From Takakia lepidozioides (lineage: Eukaryota > Plantae > Bryophyta): a stretch of 64,000 bases of DNA. The translations under genes and the position numbers were made by a program. The notes beneath the pieces are model-generated. The model ran no database searches. It was not told where the DNA came from and saw nothing but the letters and a program-made list of their open reading frames with translations. The stretch's first letter is position 1. Every line of letters starts with the position of its first letter. Below, piece after piece: positions 58,432 through 64,000 of this stretch. The stretch is from assembly GCA_030704615.1 (NCBI GenBank), contig CM060732.1, positions 42,222,001 through 42,286,000 of the forward strand, in the 5' to 3' direction.

Positions 58432-61400
58432 ATGCCGCAGCAGCACACCCGCGACTCCTTGATATCGTTTTTGCATGTGGGTATTGGTATAAAACCCAAT
58501 ATGGGCAACTGGAAGGGGGGAGATCGCCTGTGCACATGGTGTAGATTCTTGGGTACTGCTTCAGTTGATTCACTGAAGATGAGTCTGAGTTGATGGGCAT
58601 GGATGCAGGAACATGGCATTGAGACTGAAACGCATGAGCATACAGTGGTTATGACCGTGGAAGAACAGGTGAGGGTCATAGTGCATTATCCTGCTGTTAT
58701 CTCAATACAGTCCGAACGGATCTGCAAGGGTAGCGTGTGTGGTCATTCTTATCTTTTGTTGTGGCCTGTATGAAGGCCAAGCATGTTGGACATCTGGAGG
58801 GAGGGCACAGCAAAATTTTGCTTCTAAAGGTGAGTTTCTCTCTCTGTTGATACTGCTGGAACGATGACCAAAGACGCATGAAGGAAACGTGGCCAGAACG
58901 AAGCCAAGACGCATCTCTCTGTGTTTGTGTGTTTGTGTTTCTGGGGGGCACAGGACAAGAAGAACAGGCTGTATCTTGTCTCGGCATTAACCACTACTCA
59001 TGTGGACTTGAAAGGTATTCTAGACTAGGGTTTTGGGATTTGAGTTCTTTGGGTTCACTTGTTTGGCAGCGCACTAGAGAGCCTGGTTGCTCACAGATGC
59101 TAAAAAGAGGGTGAGTGTATTTTAACAGCTCTGGCGCAGCGACTGGGGTTAGGCAAGGCTGCCGTCCTTCGCGCTGGCACCTGAGGATGTTTTGAAAGCT
59201 GTATTGAAGGTATGAGAAATGCAGGCATGTCTACCACTTTTATGTGTTATTCAGGCATCAAAAAGCACTGTAGGATAGGTAGGAGCCTGCCGGCGTACGA
59301 CGCATATTAGATGCAGGACTTCCCTATCAAAATTGATTGCTTTGTAGACTTCCCTAATACATTCTTACTGGTTGGTTGGGTAGGTACCGCTGGGATGTGT
59401 CACACCATTCGCTTTGGTCAATGAGTCTGCAAAGTATGAGCTTGTTATCATTCTGTGTGGAAGAAGGGGTATTTAATTTGCATGAGAAGCCAATAGCATG
59501 AGATATGAGATAGACTGCACCTTCACAGCCTCATGCTGAGTGAACATTGTGTTTGCTTAGTGTCTTATTTCAGTCTCTGACTTATATTCTTGATAAAGTG
59601 TTACCATCTACACTGCAATTCTACAATCTTGAGAGTGGAAATATTGTTTTTAAAGCAGGTGCATGGCTTCCTGGTTCACATTTATCATTGGATCTATGCC
59701 CAGGGGCAGGATATTTAAGCTGTGCTTGCTGGTAGCATAGTTAGGTCTAAATATTCTTAGCTCTCGTATGCTGGCCTCTCAAGATGCCTCAAATAGTAGT
59801 CCCAGTCTTACATGCCCAACCATATTTGACTGTTGGCGGTGTGCTGTACTACAGAAAGTGTATTGTGTAGAAAGTATGGTATGAACCAGGTGGGATTAGG
59901 GAAAACCGCTTCCTTCAGATCTTTTGACTCAATGGAATTGCACATCTTCTGGCTACACAAGACTCAAGCTAGGGAATCATTCAGTTGGATTTGCCAGCAG
60001 AGTGACAGGATCACACCTGTGAAGTTGTGTAATGGAGCAGCTACAGAAAACTAACTCGTCACTTTTTTGGGGCTGCAGGTCTGTGGGATTTCTCCTCGAT
60101 AGAGGTTTCCAATCAGAGTCTCGGATATATTTCCATCCACTCACGAACAACGCAACGACATGTATGTGAGCTGATGTGGTCACTATAAGTAGTGCGAGTT
60201 AGCAAGCTTGGTTGAAAATGATTCGATGACATTGCAGCATCTCTGCCTCTCAGAACTGCTGGTTGTCAAGGAACGTGCTTAGAGGTCATCTAGTCTGGTT
60301 GTGCATGCAACATTCAATTTCCGCAATGTGCTTGTGCAGGCCTGACACCAGCAGGTCTTGAAAAGTTTTTGAGGGCCATTGGAAGGGAACCAACCTACGT
60401 CGACCTCCAGGTATTTGCACTGGTGCTTGCTGCTGTCTGTTTTGTGCTGTATGTGGTAGGTACACTGCTCCTCACGGCTTGTAAGCATGCCTGTATGCAG
60501 GCAGCAGTGGTAGTTGGCAAGGAGCAACTTCCTGATCTGGTGGCTTTTGTGCCTCTAGAAACAGCAGGCAAAGAAGCAGCCGGTGCAGCAACTGCTGCAA
60601 CCGAGTCCAAAGGTGTGTGAGGTTTGGAATCATTGACAGCAGAGGTGCTCTTTGAATGTCATCGACATTTGCAATCCCTCTTCCAGAATTCTCAGTCCTT
60701 GAACATTTCATATTTTGTGACTGCTTTCCAATGCTGTACCTGAAGGGTGGGCACAAATCTGGTGTAGATGGCAAGAATATTTTAGTCAAGTGTACTCATT
60801 TTGGCTCGGGCTGCCTGTGATTAGTTGCTACTGTGACGGTGAAGGGGAAGCCAAAGACACCAGCTGCTAAAGAGAAGGAAGGGGGAGTGCTGAACTTGAC
60901 AGATGTTCAGAGTGTCATTGCCTATATTTTAGAAGACACAGTCACTGCTGTGCGTGCTGAGGTGCGATTCATGCCAATTTTTTGTTGCTTGGATCCGCAG
61001 GTCCCAAGGTGAAAATTTCCAAGTCGCGAAGTACAGGAAGTATGAGATTCATTAATGTTGTTCCATTGTTCTCTCTAGGTCTATTGTTTCTTCTTCATCT
61101 AGCATTCACTGTCGCCTCGGATATGGTCTTTTTTCCTTCTATTGTTTACCTTTCAAATATGAGCCTGGAGTTATCCTGCACTGTATTACATGATGCAGGT
61201 GCAATCTCAGTTCACAGTACATGCTTTGGAGGAGCAAAACAAAGATGTGCTAGCAGGGAATGTTGCCAGAGGTGTAAGGCGTCGCCTTACTCCAGAGCTT
61301 GAAAGTCTTTTTGTGAGTTCCTTAAATCTTTGCTTTCTCGTCTCTGTACTTTGACACATATGTCTATGTATAGTGTTGCAAAAGGCATTGGCAAGAATTA

Positions 61401-61762
61401 CTATTCCGTGTTTATAACTCATTCAATGTAGGTCGCTTGACATTGGGTTTGGGCCAGCTCTGGATTGGCTTTGTAAGCATTTATATGGTGGTTGAAAATC
61501 ATGAACACAAGCCTCCTATAGGTACAATAGGTGCAACAGTATGTAGACATGGCTTGTGGTGGACAAGCTGCAAAAACTTCATTGTCAGGTGGTTAAGCAA
61601 CTGCAACTACAAGGCAGTGCAGAAGGTTGCATTTGTGTCTGCACGGAAGATTCCACTGAGGTTTCAGCTGGTAGCTGTGGCTAATGGCAGATGCTTTTCA
61701 AGAATACAACATACACGGAGGGCTTTGTTTCTGGTCTTGGAAGCGAGAAGCTCTTCAAGTAA
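58432..61762 (+). CDS. PRORSD1: ProXp-ala / PrdX (YbaK-family) aminoacyl-tRNA deacylase with plant C-terminal domain; apparent frameshift in exon 5
   Basis: About 12 exons: MPQQHTRDSLISFLH / EH..VMTVEEQ / GGHSKILLLK / DKKNRLYLVSA / LAQRLGLGK...APEDVL / VPLGCVTPFALVNESA / FHPLTNNAT / LTPAGLEKFL / ...LFKNTTYTEGF*. Confidence 0.88.
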
Positions 61763-62908
61763 TTGGTTGATATGTAGTAGCATTCAGCTTGAGCTCCATA
61801 ATGATACTGTCGCAGCAGTTTTCTTCCCCATGAACATGTGAATACTTCCCCTGAATACTTCCCATCACTTGTAGCATCTTCCTGGCAGATTTCTATCCAA
61901 AAGCTGTTGTTGCACAGCAAATTGCTGCCATGGGTCTGGATCCCCAGCAAAGGCCGGTTAGTCTTTAGCGATTGGCAAATCCTTAACCCTGAAAAGCCGG
62001 AGCTTTTTCCCAAAATTGAGTGAATGAAAGATTAATGACCAGCTGAAAATCTGTGAAACACTACTCTCAAAACAAGAATGTTTTTGAGGAATTGTGGAGC
62101 TTCAAGTTAACTAATACACATAAGGTAAATATTGATATGCTGAAAGGCATCTGGTTAAACATGCCAAAAGTCCTAGTAGTCTGTGATGAGAATTGGTGTT
62201 ACAGGAGGAAATTGGAGGAGAATGGATTTACAGAAATCAAACTGTCTTCAAGTGCCCTCATTCAGATGTTTGGACAATTTAGTGACAGAAAATTCTCTTG
62301 ATGCTTGATTGTTTTATTACACCGCAAGCTCGCAACCAAGCAAAATCAAGGTGGCGGTGTCAGCGGACACGAATGAGCGGTAACCCTGTCGAGTGAGCAT
62401 TTGTAGTCTGGTGAGGCGATTTGTACATTGTAAACGCAGAACCCAATCACAACGATCAAGCTGTCACCGCCGTCGCTGTAATGAATTGTAATCCTGTCTG
62501 GTGAGATCCTGTAATATACCGGACTGGAGCTTCTCAAATTGTCTTCCCGTCCAGCGATGTTTGTGTTAAATCCCTGTCGATCTCTGTCAAGGACTGTATA
62601 TTCTGTAGTCAGGGAGCATTATGCCTCCCCGAGGAAAAGCACTCCAACACTCAAAGCGGATGAGAGTCTGCTCTTACGGAAAATGTGTGGATGCGCAGAG
62701 CAGAGCATATGCTGCCTACCCAACACACTAGGCCACAAAGTACAGGAGCGACGCTCTGCACGCCAGCCACGTCTCCCCAATATCGCAACGGCAGCACTGG
62801 GCTGCTCGCATATAGCCTTTTCCTCCCTCATCTGTTCTCATCTTATTTTCACCCATCTCGGAGGAGTGACTGTGTGGGGGTGGAGAAGAAGCGGGAATCG
62901 TAGCAACC

Positions 62909-64000
62909 ATGGCTGCGCTTGTTGAGACTGCGCCTTCTGTGGAGGTTGACAAGCTGAGTCGGCTTCGGCTGGAGTTGGCCACTCTTGACCAGATCAGGTA
63001 CCAGTCTATTTCCTTCCGCTCTTCTCTGTTCTTTTGCCATTTTGATGGACTGCTAAAGATATAAGTGTCCTACCCATTTGAAAGTGTTTCTTCCCCTCTC
63101 TTGGTTTAGATCTTGGTTACCTGAGAGGTTTTGGCGATCAGATGGAAATGTTCCTACTCCTCTTGTTTTTCATGTTGACGGATTGCGACGAGTTTGGAGT
63201 AGGGAAAATAGTGGAAAGAGGCGTCAGTTGTGGGATCTGAACTGGAAAATGTGCAACATTGTGTGCAGTCAGAATGAGAAGGACGGATTTGTGAAGTTGG
63301 TGACCCGCTATGTGAGGTAACTTACCTTTTGGCGTTGGAAGCTTCGTGAGCTGTTTGTTGAATGTCAATGCCGGATTGATCTTTTTGATGTGGTTCAGAA
63401 AGTAATTGTGATGTGTCATGCTCGCAACAGTGGGAAAGTCGATCCAATACAATGGGAAAAGATCAAGACTCCGACAGATGAGGTTGTTGTCCCTTACGAC
63501 AAATTATCGAAATTCTCAAAGGGTGATTGAATCTTCCACTCTTTCTGTCTCTATTGTGTAGACAAGAATAGTGGGCTTCATTAAAATAACATTGATCTTG
63601 ATGTCGATCCAGCCTGCCAGCGCAGTGTGTTGTTCTGTTTTTATTGCGTGGATCATGCTCCCAGTAGTGCTGCACAAGACTGACCATGACTGAGGCTAGT
63701 ATGGATAGAATTTAATGGAACTTGGAGGTGATTTGGAAAAGTTCTGGAGCAGCTGGCATGTACAAATTTCTAGCTCAATATCAGCGCCCCTTTTACGATG
63801 GCACATGTGCTTCCAGCTTCCCGGAGTGTGCTGAAGTTCATTTTTCAGCTCATTTTAAACTGACAGAAATCTTCCTCAGAGTAATCTATCTGTGACTGGC
63901 TTTGATTTGAACAAGAAATCCTGGGGGTTTAGGTGTTAAGTCAAATTGATTTTTTTGCATGCAGACCCAGCTGGAACCAAGACCCTTCTTGACAAACTTG
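62909..64000 (+). CDS. UGP: UDP-glucose pyrophosphorylase, 5' part; runs off the window end
   Basis: Exons 62909-62997, 63269-63316, 63431-63522 and 63965- give ...QISQNEKDGFVKLVTRYVSGKVDPIQWEKIKTPTDEVVVPYDKLSKFSKDPAGTKTLLDKL, the plant UGPase-A N-terminus. Confidence 0.92.

Overview
Eukaryotic, intron-rich land-plant nuclear DNA, probably a bryophyte-grade plant (inferred from gene models and repeats). Seven host genes can be reconstructed exon by exon: SERRATE (5' part, -), MSH3 (-), GatA (+), EMC5/MMgT (-), cytosolic WHEP-type AsnRS (+), ProXp-ala/PrdX deacylase (+, with an apparent 1-nt frameshift) and UDP-glucose pyrophosphorylase (5' part, +). MSH3/GatA and EMC5/AsnRS are head-to-head pairs. 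The region 4.9-28 kb is a nest of mobile elements. The most notable is a Crypton/DUF3504-like tyrosine-recombinase gene broken into three pieces by an inversion, a tRNA-derived SINE and a ~6.2 kb CACTA-like insertion carrying PLS-PPR fragments. The region also holds an intact-ended hAT MITE, an unclassified CCCGGGGGG-TIR DNA transposon with an 8-bp TSD, an internal tRNA-like Pol III cassette and an unknown ORF, and a trihelix/Harbinger-like relic. An APE-type LINE family appears about 8 times across the window. It appears to have a single ORF, ends in ATGAGTACATT with no poly(A), tends to sit at (TC)n tracts, and shows microhomology-flanked internal deletions. All family assignments are from recognising motifs by eye; no database searches were run.
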